Shown here: positions 10,060 through 18,851 of the stretch, piece by piece
Position numbering within the stretch: the first letter of the stretch is position 1
Layout: each line of letters starts with the position of its first letter
DNA from: Mycolicibacterium smegmatis
GTDB taxonomy: Bacteria > Actinomycetota > Actinomycetes > Mycobacteriales > Mycobacteriaceae
Direction: 5' to 3'
Length of the DNA stretch: 32,000 bases
Assembly: GCF_001457595.1 (NCBI RefSeq)
Contig: NZ_LN831039.1
Coordinates: forward strand, 2,100,001-2,132,000
Made by a program: the position numbers and the translations under genes
The notes under the pieces: generated by a model
What the model saw: only the letters and a program-made list of their open reading frames with translations
Databases searched by the model: none
What the model was told of the DNA's origin: nothing

Positions 10060-13000
10060 GTGCACTATCGCTTGCTCGGACCACTGCAGGTGGTGCATTC
10101 CGGCACGCCGGTCGACATCGGTGCCCCGAAACAACGGGCAGTCCTGGCGATGCTGTTGCTGGCACAGGGCCGCGTCGTGTCGGTCGATCGTCTGATTGAC
10201 GCAGTGTGGGGTGATGATCCACCGGCGAGCGCCACCGCCAGCCTGCAGGCCTACATCTCCAATCTGCGACGTGCGCTGCGTGACGGGTCCGACACCGCGC
10301 AGGTGGCGTCGCCGATCGTGCGTCAGCCGCCCGGGTACTACCTCGACGCACCCGCCGACGCCGTGGATCTGGCGCAGTTCACCGCAGGCTGTCAGCAGGC
10401 CGCGCAGGCTGTCGAGGAACAGCGCTGGGTCGATGCGCTGACCGCCGCCGATGAGGCGCTCGCGCTGTGGCGCGGTCCGTTCCTCGATGACCTGCGTGAC
10501 GAGCAGTGGGTCCACGAGGACGCCGCCCGCGCCGGCGAGTTGCGCAGCGAGTGCGTGGACCACCGCATCACCGCGCTGCTGGCCCTCGGGCGGGTTTCGA
10601 CGGCGCTGGCCGCCGTCACGCAACTGCGTTCGGCCGAACCGCTTTCCGACCGTGCCTGCTGGTTGCACATGCTGACGCTGTATCGCGCGGGCCGCGCCCC
10701 GGAGGCCCTTGACGCCTACACCCGCCATGCGCAGATGCTCGACAACGTACTGGGACTGGTCCCGGGCGCCGAACTGCGCGAGTTGCAGACCGCGATCCTG
10801 CGCCAGGCGCCCGAACTCGCCGCGTGGCCCAGGTCCCCGGAGTGGACCGGTGCCGAGGAGGTGCACACCCCCGCCCCGCCGCACCCGCCCGTGCCCGAAC
10901 CGGGCGCCCAGCGTGGTTTGCTCATCGGGCGCAAGCGTGAACTCGCCGTCGCCACCGACCTTCTGGCCGACGTGGCGGCGGGGGAGACGCGGTGGCTGGT
11001 GCTCTCGGGGCCACCAGGTATCGGCAAGACCAGGCTCGCCGAGGAGATCACCGACGGGTGCGACGCCGAGGTCGTGTGGGTGTCCTGCCCGGACGAACGG
11101 TCGACGCCACCGTGGTGGCCCATGCGACAACTCGTGCGCGCGTTGGGCGCCGACGCCGACGAGGTGCTGGAGGTGCCGCCCCACGCCGACCCTGACACCG
11201 CGCGTTTCCAGGTGTACGAGCGTGTGCAGGCCCTGCTGGAATCGACGGGCCGGCCCGCGGTCGTGGTGATCGATGATGTGCAATGGGCGGATTCGACCTC
11301 GGCCAGTTGCCTCGCCTACATCGCCGGCGCACTGCGGGACCATCCGGTCGCGATCGTGCTCACCGTACGCGACGTCGACCACACCGCCGAGGTCGCGCGT
11401 CTGCTGGCGACCGTCGCACGTGGCGACGGCAACCGTCACCTGGCGCTCTCGTCGTTGTCGACCGATGATGTTGCGGCACTGGCGAATCAGATTTCCGAGG
11501 ACGTCGTCGACCACGCCGAGGCACAGATACTGGCCGAACGCACCGGTGGCAACCCGTTCTTCGTATCCGAATACGCGCGCCTGCCCCGTGCCGAACGCGG
11601 TGAGATCCCCGTGGCCGTGAAATCGGTGCTCGACCGGCGCCTCGCCGGGCTCGATCCGGGGGTGCTCGCGGTACTGCGGGTCGCCGCGGTGATCGGCGAC
11701 CCGATCGACGCCGACGTGGTTCCCGTGCTGGCGCGGGTCGCCAAGATCGACTTCGACACGCTCGCAGACCATCTGGATGCCGCGGCCGACGAGCGCATCG
11801 TGGTCAACGCGCACACCGGCGATGGCTACACGTTCGCCCATGGACTGTTGCGTGACCACCTGATGGCCGGCCTGCCCGCGCTGCGTCGGCAGCGCCTGCA
11901 TGCCCAGGTGGCCGAGGTGTTGGCGGGCAACCCGTCCGACGACGCGATCACCCGCCGGGCCCAGCATCTGGTTGCGGCCCAACCGTTGGTCGACCCCGTC
12001 GAGGTGGTCGCCGCGTGCCGTCTGGCCGCGGAGGCGGCCACCCAACGGTGGAGTTCGGACATCGCGGCGGGATGGTGGCAGGCCGCGCTCGACGCCTACG
12101 ACCGGGTGCCGGTCGCGTCGCGCAGTGAAACCGAGCGCGACGCGCTGACTGTGGCGATGCTGGAAGCACATTCACGCGCCGGGCGGGGCCGCACGGTGCT
12201 GGGTTACGTCGAACGTCACCTCACCGAGGCATTGCGCAATGAACGCGCCGACACCGCGGGTCTGGTCGCCAGCGTGCTGTTGCGGTCCAGTGGTGGATGG
12301 CCGTGGCTGGCCCCCGGCGATGATCCGGGTGCACTGCTGACGTTGTTGCAGCGCGCCGCGGAGATGGCTGCCGAGCACCCGGCGGCCGGAGCGCGTGTGT
12401 TGGCAGCACTGGGCGTCGGGTGCTGCTATCACCCCGATCCCGGGGTGGCCGCAGGCCACCTCGACCGCGCCGAGCGCCTCGCCGAACGCACCGAGGATCC
12501 CGATGTGCTCGCCGACGTGTTGATGGGCCGGCTCATCACCTATTCGGGTGTCAACGAACGCAGTCACGAGATCTTCGAATGGGTCGCGCGGCTTGAGGTG
12601 TTGCAGCACAGCAGGTCCCGTGAGGATTCGGTGATCGCCCACTCGGTGGCGACGATGTCGGCAATGCTGCTGGCCGACACCGAGCTGACCGAGCGCCACC
12701 TCAGGGCCGGGGTGGTGGGCAGCGAAGAGCTGCAGCTACCGGTTCTGCGTGCCCAATTGCGGTGGATGGAAGCGGTATTGGCGACGTGGCGCGGTGACTT
12801 CGACGAGGCGCAGCGCCACCACTCGATCGCGGCGCACGTGCACGAGCAGACCGAACTCTACGGCGCGGGAAGCGGTCTGCTGGCCGAGGTGACCCTGCTG
12901 CGTGAGATCGGCGGCCCCGTCCCGGCCGGGTTCGGGGTCACACCTGCCGATGTCGAGCGAGGCGGGCAGGGGATGGAGGCCATGGTGCATGTCGCCCTGC

Positions 13001-13470
13001 TGACCATCGAGCGCGGCCCACGCGCCGCGGCCGCCACGCGATTGGACAACTGGGTCAACACCGACCGCGGACAGATCTGGACCAACCTCGGCGAGGCGGC
13101 CTGGATGGCCCATCTGGCGGTCGACTACGGGCTGGGCGAGTACGCCGAGCCGCTGCTGGCGGTCCTGCAGCCGTTCACCGATCGCATCGCGGTGATCGGA
13201 CAGGTGGGGCACGCCGGGCCGGTGGCGCTCGCCACCGCCAGACTGCACGCGCTGCGCGGTGATCGCGCCCGGGCACTCGAAGATCTGGCCAAAGCCGAGG
13301 ACGTCGCGCGTCGTACCGGTGCCAGGCCCACACTGCTGCGCTGTGCGCTGCTGGCCTGCGAGCTCGCCGAGGACGGGGCGGCCCGGCGCCAAGCCGCCGC
13401 CAAGCTTGCCGCCGACGCCGAGGCGATGGGCATGCACGGGATCGCCGCGCAGGCCCGTGCATTGTCCTGA
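10060..13470 (+). CDS. AfsR/SARP-type (BTAD) transcriptional regulator with AAA ATPase and long TPR-like C-terminus
   Basis: GTG-initiated, 1136 aa. N-terminus MHYRLLGPLQVVHSGTPVDIGAPKQRAVLAMLLL is the OmpR/PhoB-like DNA-binding fold, followed by BTAD (DLAQFTAGCQQAAQ...), Walker A SGPPGIGKTRL and VVVIDDVQWAD. Confidence 0.93.
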   Translation: MHYRLLGPLQVVHSGTPVDIGAPKQRAVLAMLLLAQGRVVSVDRLIDAVWGDDPPASATASLQAYISNLRRALRDGSDTAQVASPIVRQPPGYYLDAPADAVDLAQFTAGCQQAAQAVEEQRWVDALTAADEALALWRGPFLDDLRDEQWVHEDAARAGELRSECVDHRITALLALGRVSTALAAVTQLRSAEPLSDRACWLHMLTLYRAGRAPEALDAYTRHAQMLDNVLGLVPGAELRELQTAILRQAPELAAWPRSPEWTGAEEVHTPAPPHPPVPEPGAQRGLLIGRKRELAVATDLLADVAAGETRWLVLSGPPGIGKTRLAEEITDGCDAEVVWVSCPDERSTPPWWPMRQLVRALGADADEVLEVPPHADPDTARFQVYERVQALLESTGRPAVVVIDDVQWADSTSASCLAYIAGALRDHPVAIVLTVRDVDHTAEVARLLATVARGDGNRHLALSSLSTDDVAALANQISEDVVDHAEAQILAERTGGNPFFVSEYARLPRAERGEIPVAVKSVLDRRLAGLDPGVLAVLRVAAVIGDPIDADVVPVLARVAKIDFDTLADHLDAAADERIVVNAHTGDGYTFAHGLLRDHLMAGLPALRRQRLHAQVAEVLAGNPSDDAITRRAQHLVAAQPLVDPVEVVAACRLAAEAATQRWSSDIAAGWWQAALDAYDRVPVASRSETERDALTVAMLEAHSRAGRGRTVLGYVERHLTEALRNERADTAGLVASVLLRSSGGWPWLAPGDDPGALLTLLQRAAEMAAEHPAAGARVLAALGVGCCYHPDPGVAAGHLDRAERLAERTEDPDVLADVLMGRLITYSGVNERSHEIFEWVARLEVLQHSRSREDSVIAHSVATMSAMLLADTELTERHLRAGVVGSEELQLPVLRAQLRWMEAVLATWRGDFDEAQRHHSIAAHVHEQTELYGAGSGLLAEVTLLREIGGPVPAGFGVTPADVERGGQGMEAMVHVALLTIERGPRAAAATRLDNWVNTDRGQIWTNLGEAAWMAHLAVDYGLGEYAEPLLAVLQPFTDRIAVIGQVGHAGPVALATARLHALRGDRARALEDLAKAEDVARRTGARPTLLRCALLACELAEDGAARRQAAAKLAADAEAMGMHGIAAQARALS

Positions 13471-13592
13471 GCTGCCGTTTTACCGGTTCGGCACGAGCTT
13501 GGTCTCGCCGCCAAGGGATTGCCAAGTGGTCGCGGTGATGCTGATCCAGGCTCAACCGCGTCAACACTTTCGTGAACCCTGGAAGGACTCCG

Positions 13593-14993
13593 ATGACCCT
13601 GACCGACCTCCCGAACGGCACCGAGGGCCTTGCCGACGCCCTCGACGGGCTGCGCGCACATGTCGTGGCCCCTGTGGCGCTGCCGGGTGAAGCCGGGTAC
13701 GAGCGCGCCACGCCCTGGAATGTCGCCGCGGAGGTGAAGCCCGCCGCGGTGGTGCTGGCCACCTCGGCCTACGACGTCGCCAATACCGTGCGGTACGCGG
13801 CGTCGCGGGGACTGCGGGTGACCGTGCAGGCCACCGGCCACGGCGCGCTGAAGGTCACCGACGACACCATTCTGATCGTCACCTCGGGCATGACCGGTTG
13901 CACGGTCGACCCGTCGACGCGCACGGCCCGCGTGCAGGCCGGCGCCAGATGGCAGCACGTCATCGATGCGGCCGCTCCGCATGGCCTGGCGCCCTTGTGC
14001 GGATCGTCACCCAACGTGGGTGTCGTCGGGTACCTCACCGGTGGCGGGGTCGGCCCGCTGGTGCGCACCGTGGGGCTCTCGTCAGACCACGTGCGCTCCT
14101 TCGAGTTGGTCACCGGCAAAGGAGAGTTGCTGCGTGCGACGCCGGAGGAGAACGCCGAGCTGTTCTGGGGTCTGCGTGGCGGCAAGGCGACCTTGGGAAT
14201 CGTCACCTCGGTGGAGATCGACCTGCCGCCCATCCCTGAGTTCTACGGCGGCGCGGTCATTTTCGACGGTGCCGACGCCTCATCCGTGCTGTATGCGTGG
14301 CGGACCTGGTGTGTGACACTGCCCGAGAGCGTCAACACGTCCGTTTCCCTGCAGAACCTACCGCCGCTTCCCGGGGTACCCGAGCCGTTGGCGGGCAAGC
14401 TGACGGTCGCGGTGCGCTACACCGCCATCGGCGATTTCGCCCGCGCCGAGCGTCTGCTGGCGCCCATGCGTGCGGTGGCCACGCCGGTGCTCGACACCAT
14501 CGCCGTACACCCCTACGCCGCCATCGGCGGTGTCCACATGGATCCCGTGGATCCCATGCCGTGCAACGAGACCCACACCCTGCTGCGGGAACTGCCCTCG
14601 GAGGCAGTCGATGTCCTGCTCGCGGCCGCAGGCCCCGACACCCCGCCCGTGCAGACGATCGTCGAAATACGGCTGTTCGGTGGGGCTCTGGCGCGTGAGC
14701 CCCGGCACCGCAGCGCCTTCTGCCACCGTGACGCGGCCTTCGGCGTCACCGCCATCGGCGTCCTGGTGCCCCCGGTGGCCGATGTGGTGCGCTCGCACGG
14801 CGCGGCGCTCGTCGACGCGATGGCGCCGTGGTCGACCGGTGGGCAGCTCCCCAATTTCGCACCGTCCGACGACGCGGGCCGTGCATCGCGGGTGTACGAC
14901 GAGGACACCCTGCACTGGCTTGCCGCGCTCGCCGAACGCCACGATCCCGCCGGGGTGTACCGGTGCGGTCAGGTGGTGCGGTTCGTGTCCTGA
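13593..14993 (+). CDS. FAD-linked oxidase/oxidoreductase (PCMH FAD-binding plus C-terminal berberine-bridge-like domain)
   Basis: MTLTDLPNGTEGLADALDGLRAHV... with RGLRVTVQATGHG, CGSSPNVGVVGYLTGGGVGPLVRTVGLSSD and LRGGKATLGIVTSVEIDLPP. A GGAAGG RBS precedes it. Confidence 0.9.
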   Translation: MTLTDLPNGTEGLADALDGLRAHVVAPVALPGEAGYERATPWNVAAEVKPAAVVLATSAYDVANTVRYAASRGLRVTVQATGHGALKVTDDTILIVTSGMTGCTVDPSTRTARVQAGARWQHVIDAAAPHGLAPLCGSSPNVGVVGYLTGGGVGPLVRTVGLSSDHVRSFELVTGKGELLRATPEENAELFWGLRGGKATLGIVTSVEIDLPPIPEFYGGAVIFDGADASSVLYAWRTWCVTLPESVNTSVSLQNLPPLPGVPEPLAGKLTVAVRYTAIGDFARAERLLAPMRAVATPVLDTIAVHPYAAIGGVHMDPVDPMPCNETHTLLRELPSEAVDVLLAAAGPDTPPVQTIVEIRLFGGALAREPRHRSAFCHRDAAFGVTAIGVLVPPVADVVRSHGAALVDAMAPWSTGGQLPNFAPSDDAGRASRVYDEDTLHWLAALAERHDPAGVYRCGQVVRFVS

Positions 14994-15078
14994 ACCCGGC
15001 GTGGTTCGCCGCAAAAACCGCCGTTGACCAGACGATTTGGAACTGCGCGCAGGGCCCGGGTAACCTCGTATTCACCAA

Positions 15079-15152
15079 CGCGGGGTGGAGCAGCTCGGTA
15101 GCTCGCTGGGCTCATAACCCAGAGGTCGCAGGTTCGAATCCTGTCCCCGCTA
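15079..15152 (+). tRNA. Initiator tRNA-fMet (anticodon CAT)
   Basis: CGCGGGGTGGAGCAGCTCGGTAGCTCGCTGGGCTCATAACCCAGAGGTCGCAGGTTCGAATCCTGTCCCCGCTA. It shows the unpaired C1:U72 position and three consecutive G:C pairs in the anticodon stem (GGG CTCATAA CCC), both typical of initiator tRNA. Confidence 0.97.
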
Positions 15153-15155
15153 CTA
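15109..15155 (+). repeat. Left attachment-site-like direct repeat (attL), 47 bp within the tRNA-fMet 3' region
   Basis: GGCTCATAACCCAGAGGTCGCAGGTTCGAATCCTGTCCCCGCTACTA, identical to 25654-25700. Confidence 0.95.
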
Positions 15156-15158
15156 AGT

Positions 15159-15210
15159 CAGTGGTCTTCGACCACTGGAAATGGCCGCCAGTGCAAACTG
15201 GCGGCCATTT
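15159..15210. terminator. Tandem hairpins directly downstream of tRNA-fMet
   Basis: CAGTGGTC-TTC-GACCACTG (15159-15177), then a perfect 14-bp stem AAATGGCCGCCAGT-GCAA-ACTGGCGGCCATTT (15179-15210) followed by TGTTTG. Confidence 0.75.
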
Positions 15211-15221
15211 TGTTTGTGAAC

Positions 15222-15244
15222 GTTGTGAACGGATTTGGGAACGA
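15222..15244 (+). repeat. Island-end repeat, candidate integrase arm-type site
   Basis: GTTGTGAACGGATTTGGGAACGA matches GTTGTGAACGGATTTGTGAACGA at 25518-25540 at 22/23 positions, in the same orientation. Confidence 0.6.
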
Positions 15245-15590
15245 AGCAAGCTCATTGCGCGGCTTGCATGGCCGTCTCGGATCTATGCCATTGGTCGGTG
15301 CGGTGCAAACAAGCTCTCGTGGGACTTCGATGGCTAGGTCATTCGACCGGGTGGTAATAGCCCCAGGTGTTTCATCCCGGGAGATCGAGTTGCCGTTCTG
15401 GGTACAGCGTTCGCGATAGGAAAGTCGAACTGCACGTGACGAGAACCGCCCCGGTCTTGGCGTTTGCCGTCCGCGGCCAGAGCGGTCCGGCAGAAGCCAT
15501 CTCGGTCGCGCGACAACTGCACCTGTCGCAGTTGAGGACGCGAGGCTTCATGGTCGGCGAGCAATGTTGCTTCTCAAGTTAGATGCCCTT

Positions 15591-15628
15591 TTCTCACTCA
15601 AATGTCCAATTGCACATTTGAGTGAGAA
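15591..15628. repeat. 38-bp near-perfect palindrome
   Basis: TTCTCACTCAAATGT CCAATTGC ACATTTGAGTGAGAA: 15-bp perfect arms, and CAATTG is palindromic in the centre. Confidence 0.85.
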
Positions 15629-15711
15629 CTGCGTCAGTGCTCACCGCCATCGATACGGCTGGCAAGCTGATCATTAGCCCATTGGTGGCGACCGTACGGT
15701 GGGCAGCCGGC

Positions 15712-16722
15712 CTATCGGGCGGGAACCGAGGCGCCCGCTTGAAGGTCCGTGATTCGGGTGTCGGCGATGGTCTCGGCAAAGGAAGTGCCGAACAACGCTG
15801 CGGGAGTGTGGAATCCGGGTTGATGTTCACCGCGGAGAACTCGTCCTGCGGCCTCGGCGGCGGCCAGGGGGGTGAAGGTGTAGCCGTTCACCGTGTCGAG
15901 GACCGAGCGCGCCACCGCGCCGTCCGCTCCGGTGACTTCCACGGCGGCGTGGTAGCGGTCGGCCGTCCGCTGCTCGGCTGAGGGGCCTTCGGGAAGGGTA
16001 GCTATGTCACCTTGCGGGAAGGCATGTCCAGAGACGTACACGAAGGTATCGATGTTGGGGATGCCCGTGGCCCGCCAGATAGTCATTAGGTCGGGGAGTG
16101 TTGTCGCAGAGCATGATGTCGGTCCGCACCCAAAGTCGAAGTCGCGTCGGTCGTCGGGGTTGCGGGGCACCAGTTGACCGTCGAGTCGTTGTAGGCAGTC
16201 GGTAGTGAGATTTTCGGTCGCGCTGAGGGCAGAGCCCCGTGACATTGATCCGGCGACATGCAGCGCGATGTGCACGTGCTGGGGGTTGTTGACAAGCTGT
16301 GCGGCGTGGCCGGCCAGGCAGCCGAGCATGGCCACGCTGCCACCACTTCCGGGAAGCAACAAGACGCCGGCGTCGCGGGCCGTCGAATCGAGTTTCTCAG
16401 CGAGGTGGTAGCTGTCGAGTTCGGCTGCAACGTCGAGGTAGTGGGTGTGTGCGCGGATCGCAGCTTCCATGAGTGGTTTAGCGGTTCGCATGAACGGCCC
16501 GGCGCAGTTGAGGACGACGGTGATGTCTGACAGCGCAGTCTCCACGGCAGCGTCGTCATCGAGGTCGAACGTTCGATGGTCGGCCCCGAGTTCATGGGCC
16601 AGTGCTGCCAGGCGGGTGCGGTTTCGCCCGCCCAGGACGAGATCGAGTCCGGCTGCTGCGGCGTGTTCGGCGGCCATTCGCCCGGTATAGCCGGTGGCTC
16701 CGTAGATCATCAGGGTGGGCAT
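15712..16722 (-). CDS. Saccharopine dehydrogenase-family / trans-acting enoyl reductase-like oxidoreductase
   Basis: MPTLMIYGATGYTGRMAAEHAAAAGLDLVLGGRNRTRLAALAHELG...VLNCAGPFMRTAKPLMEAAIRAHTHYLDVAAE is a typical NAD(P)-binding domain with this family signature. The upstream extension of the supplied ORF is not used. Confidence 0.9.
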   Translation of the reverse strand: MPTLMIYGATGYTGRMAAEHAAAAGLDLVLGGRNRTRLAALAHELGADHRTFDLDDDAAVETALSDITVVLNCAGPFMRTAKPLMEAAIRAHTHYLDVAAELDSYHLAEKLDSTARDAGVLLLPGSGGSVAMLGCLAGHAAQLVNNPQHVHIALHVAGSMSRGSALSATENLTTDCLQRLDGQLVPRNPDDRRDFDFGCGPTSCSATTLPDLMTIWRATGIPNIDTFVYVSGHAFPQGDIATLPEGPSAEQRTADRYHAAVEVTGADGAVARSVLDTVNGYTFTPLAAAEAAGRVLRGEHQPGFHTPAALFGTSFAETIADTRITDLQAGASVPAR

Positions 16723-16724
16723 GG

Positions 16725-17120
16725 TCAGTGCTGCCAACTCTTGTAGACGAATTCGAGGCTGTAGCCGTCGGGGTCGAGGACATTGGCGGCGTAGTAACGG
16801 GGGTCGTAGTGCAGCCGTGCCCCGGGCGCGCCGTTGTCGGTGGCTCCGGCGGCGATGGCGGCGCGGTAGGTGCCGTCGACCTGGGCGGTGCTGTCGGCCA
16901 CGAAGCCGACATGGGTGGACCGGCCCTCTGCGACACCGGCGCGTAGCCAGAAGATCATCCGGCCGTGGGCGCCGAAACCTTTGAGGTCGGGATGGCCTGG
17001 CGGGCCGTCGTTTCCGTCGTAGTCCAGGCGGGTGGTGATGCCCAGCGGCGCCAGGGTGGCGGTGTAGAAGGCGATGGAGCGATCGAGATCGCTCACCGAC
17101 AGGAAGATGTGGTCCAGCAT
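16725..17120 (-). CDS. VOC (glyoxalase/bleomycin resistance) superfamily protein
   Basis: MLDHIFLSVSDLDRSIAFYTATLAPLGI...HVGFVADSTAQVDGTYRAAIAAGA...YYAANVLDPDGYSLEFVYK. Confidence 0.92.
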   Translation of the reverse strand: MLDHIFLSVSDLDRSIAFYTATLAPLGITTRLDYDGNDGPPGHPDLKGFGAHGRMIFWLRAGVAEGRSTHVGFVADSTAQVDGTYRAAIAAGATDNGAPGARLHYDPRYYAANVLDPDGYSLEFVYKSWQH

Positions 17121-17141
17121 GGTGGTGGGGCTCTTCTCCGG

Positions 17142-17885
17142 TTAGATGGTGAAGCCGCCGGCGACTTCGATGTTCTGGGCGTTGATCCACCGGTTGTCAT
17201 CAGCCAGCAGGCTGGCGATGGTGTCGGCGACGTCGTCGGGTTCACCGACACGTCCGAGGGCGGTCTGACCGGCGAGCAGGGTTTCGAACTCGTCGTTGAG
17301 GCCGCCGCCGAGTTCGGTGCGGATGGCGCCCGGGGATATGGAATTGGCTCTGATCCGGCGGTCGCCGAATTCCTTGGCCATGTAGCGGGTGAGGACTTCC
17401 AGTCCACCCTTGAAGGAGGCGTACGGGGCGACCCCAGCGGTGGCGACCCGGGTGGTCGCGCTGGTCAGGTTCACGATGTGCCCACCGTCCGCCATCAAAG
17501 GCAGCAGTGCCTGGGTGAGGAAGAACGGTCCTTTGAGGTGCACGTTGAACAGCCCGTCGAATTGGGCTTCGGTCACGGTGGCGATGGGGTTGTAGAGGCC
17601 GTAGCCGGCGTTGTTGACCAGGTAGTCGAAATTTGTTTGGCCCCAACGCTCGTCCAGTGCGGCACCGACGGTTGTGGCGAATGCCGGGAATGACGCGGTG
17701 TTGGCGACGTCGAGTTCGAGCGCGACCGCCGTGGCGCCGGCGGTGGTCATGCGGTCGACGACACCGGCGGCGGAGTCGGGATTGCTGTTGTAGGTCAGGA
17801 TGACGCCCATGCCGCGGCGGGCGCAGGCCAGTGCGGTGGCGGCGCCGATGCCTCGGCTACCTCCCGTGACGATGGCGATGGTCAT
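17142..17885 (-). CDS. SDR-family oxidoreductase
   Basis: MTIAIVTGGSRGIGAATALACARRG...; NNAGYG, YASFKGG and a C-terminal WINAQNIEVAGGF. Confidence 0.93.
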   Translation of the reverse strand: MTIAIVTGGSRGIGAATALACARRGMGVILTYNSNPDSAAGVVDRMTTAGATAVALELDVANTASFPAFATTVGAALDERWGQTNFDYLVNNAGYGLYNPIATVTEAQFDGLFNVHLKGPFFLTQALLPLMADGGHIVNLTSATTRVATAGVAPYASFKGGLEVLTRYMAKEFGDRRIRANSISPGAIRTELGGGLNDEFETLLAGQTALGRVGEPDDVADTIASLLADDNRWINAQNIEVAGGFTI

Positions 17886-17999
17886 CGATGTCTGCCTCTC
17901 TCGAAGTGGTGGTGACATCGAGTGAACCGGCCTAGCCACGCCGGGGGAAGGGCACGTCTTCCTGGGTGCGCTGCACCCAGGAACGCACCGCCGACGCGT

Positions 18000-18851
18000 T
18001 TAGAGACGTTCGCGGTGGCGGGTGGCCTCCAGTGTCCCCAGAAGTGCCAGGGCGTCGGCGCTGGGCGATTCGGGTGCTGCCGTGGCCACCGTGAGCTGCT
18101 GGCCAGGCGAGCTACGGACATCGAAGGTCTGGTAGCTCAGCGTCAGCATCCCGACCTCGGGATGGCGGATGGTCTTGCGCGTCGCGGTGAGGCCGGCGAC
18201 GGCGTGGTCGTCCCACAATCCTCGGAAGCCTGCGCTGCCTCGGCGCAGGCGGGTGATCAGGTCGGTGACTTCGGGGTGGGTCGGGGTGAAGCCTTCGGCC
18301 AAGCGCAGCGCGCTGACCGACGCCTTGGATACCTCGTCCCAATTGACGTAGAACTCGCGCGCGGCAGGATCGAGGAACAGCGCGGCAAGCACATTGGGGT
18401 CCCGCTGCTGCAGGGGCGTGATCAGGGCGGTGGCTGCCGGGTTGGCGATCAGCACGCGAAACGCCGGATTGGTCACGTAGGCCGCCGCGTGAGGGAACGC
18501 CTCCATCGTCTGCAGCAGTTCCGGACTCACCGCGTCACCGCTGCGCGCCGCGGTCGGGGAAAGCTTGGCTAGGCGGAAGGCGTGCTCCCGCGCGTCGGGG
18601 GCTAGCCGCAGGGCGTGACAGATCGCATCGACGACCTGAGCCGACGGGCTGCGTTCGCGGCCCTGCTCCAGCCGCGCGTAATAGTCCGCGCTCACACCGG
18701 ACAACACGGCAACTTCCTCGCGCCGCAGACCGACCACGCGCCTACCCGCAACTGATGGCAGGCCCACGTCGTGGGTGCTGATCCGTGACCGCTGCGCGCG
18801 CAGGAAGTCGCCGAACGGATTCTCAGATGCCGGTGCGTCGTCACGGGCCAC
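18000..18851 (-). CDS. XRE-family regulator with MmyB-like C-terminal domain
   Basis: VARDDAPASENPFGDFLRAQRSRISTHDVGLPSVAGRRVVGLRREEVAVLSGVSADYYARLEQGRERSPSAQVVDAICHAL..., the typical HTH plus MmyB-like ligand domain. The start is an estimate (GTG at 18851). Confidence 0.88.
   Translation of the reverse strand: MARDDAPASENPFGDFLRAQRSRISTHDVGLPSVAGRRVVGLRREEVAVLSGVSADYYARLEQGRERSPSAQVVDAICHALRLAPDAREHAFRLAKLSPTAARSGDAVSPELLQTMEAFPHAAAYVTNPAFRVLIANPAATALITPLQQRDPNVLAALFLDPAAREFYVNWDEVSKASVSALRLAEGFTPTHPEVTDLITRLRRGSAGFRGLWDDHAVAGLTATRKTIRHPEVGMLTLSYQTFDVRSSPGQQLTVATAAPESPSADALALLGTLEATRHRERL

Noticed and set aside
9904-12171. 755-aa minus-strand ORF
   Set aside because: It lies antisense to the clear BTAD/AAA regulator and has low-complexity His/Arg/Gly-rich composition typical of high-GC shadow ORFs.
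16722-17190. N-terminal extension of the 492-aa ORF 15712-17190
   Set aside because: The extension overlaps the VOC gene in another frame and is Arg/His-rich. The real protein starts at MPTLMIYGATGYTG (16722).
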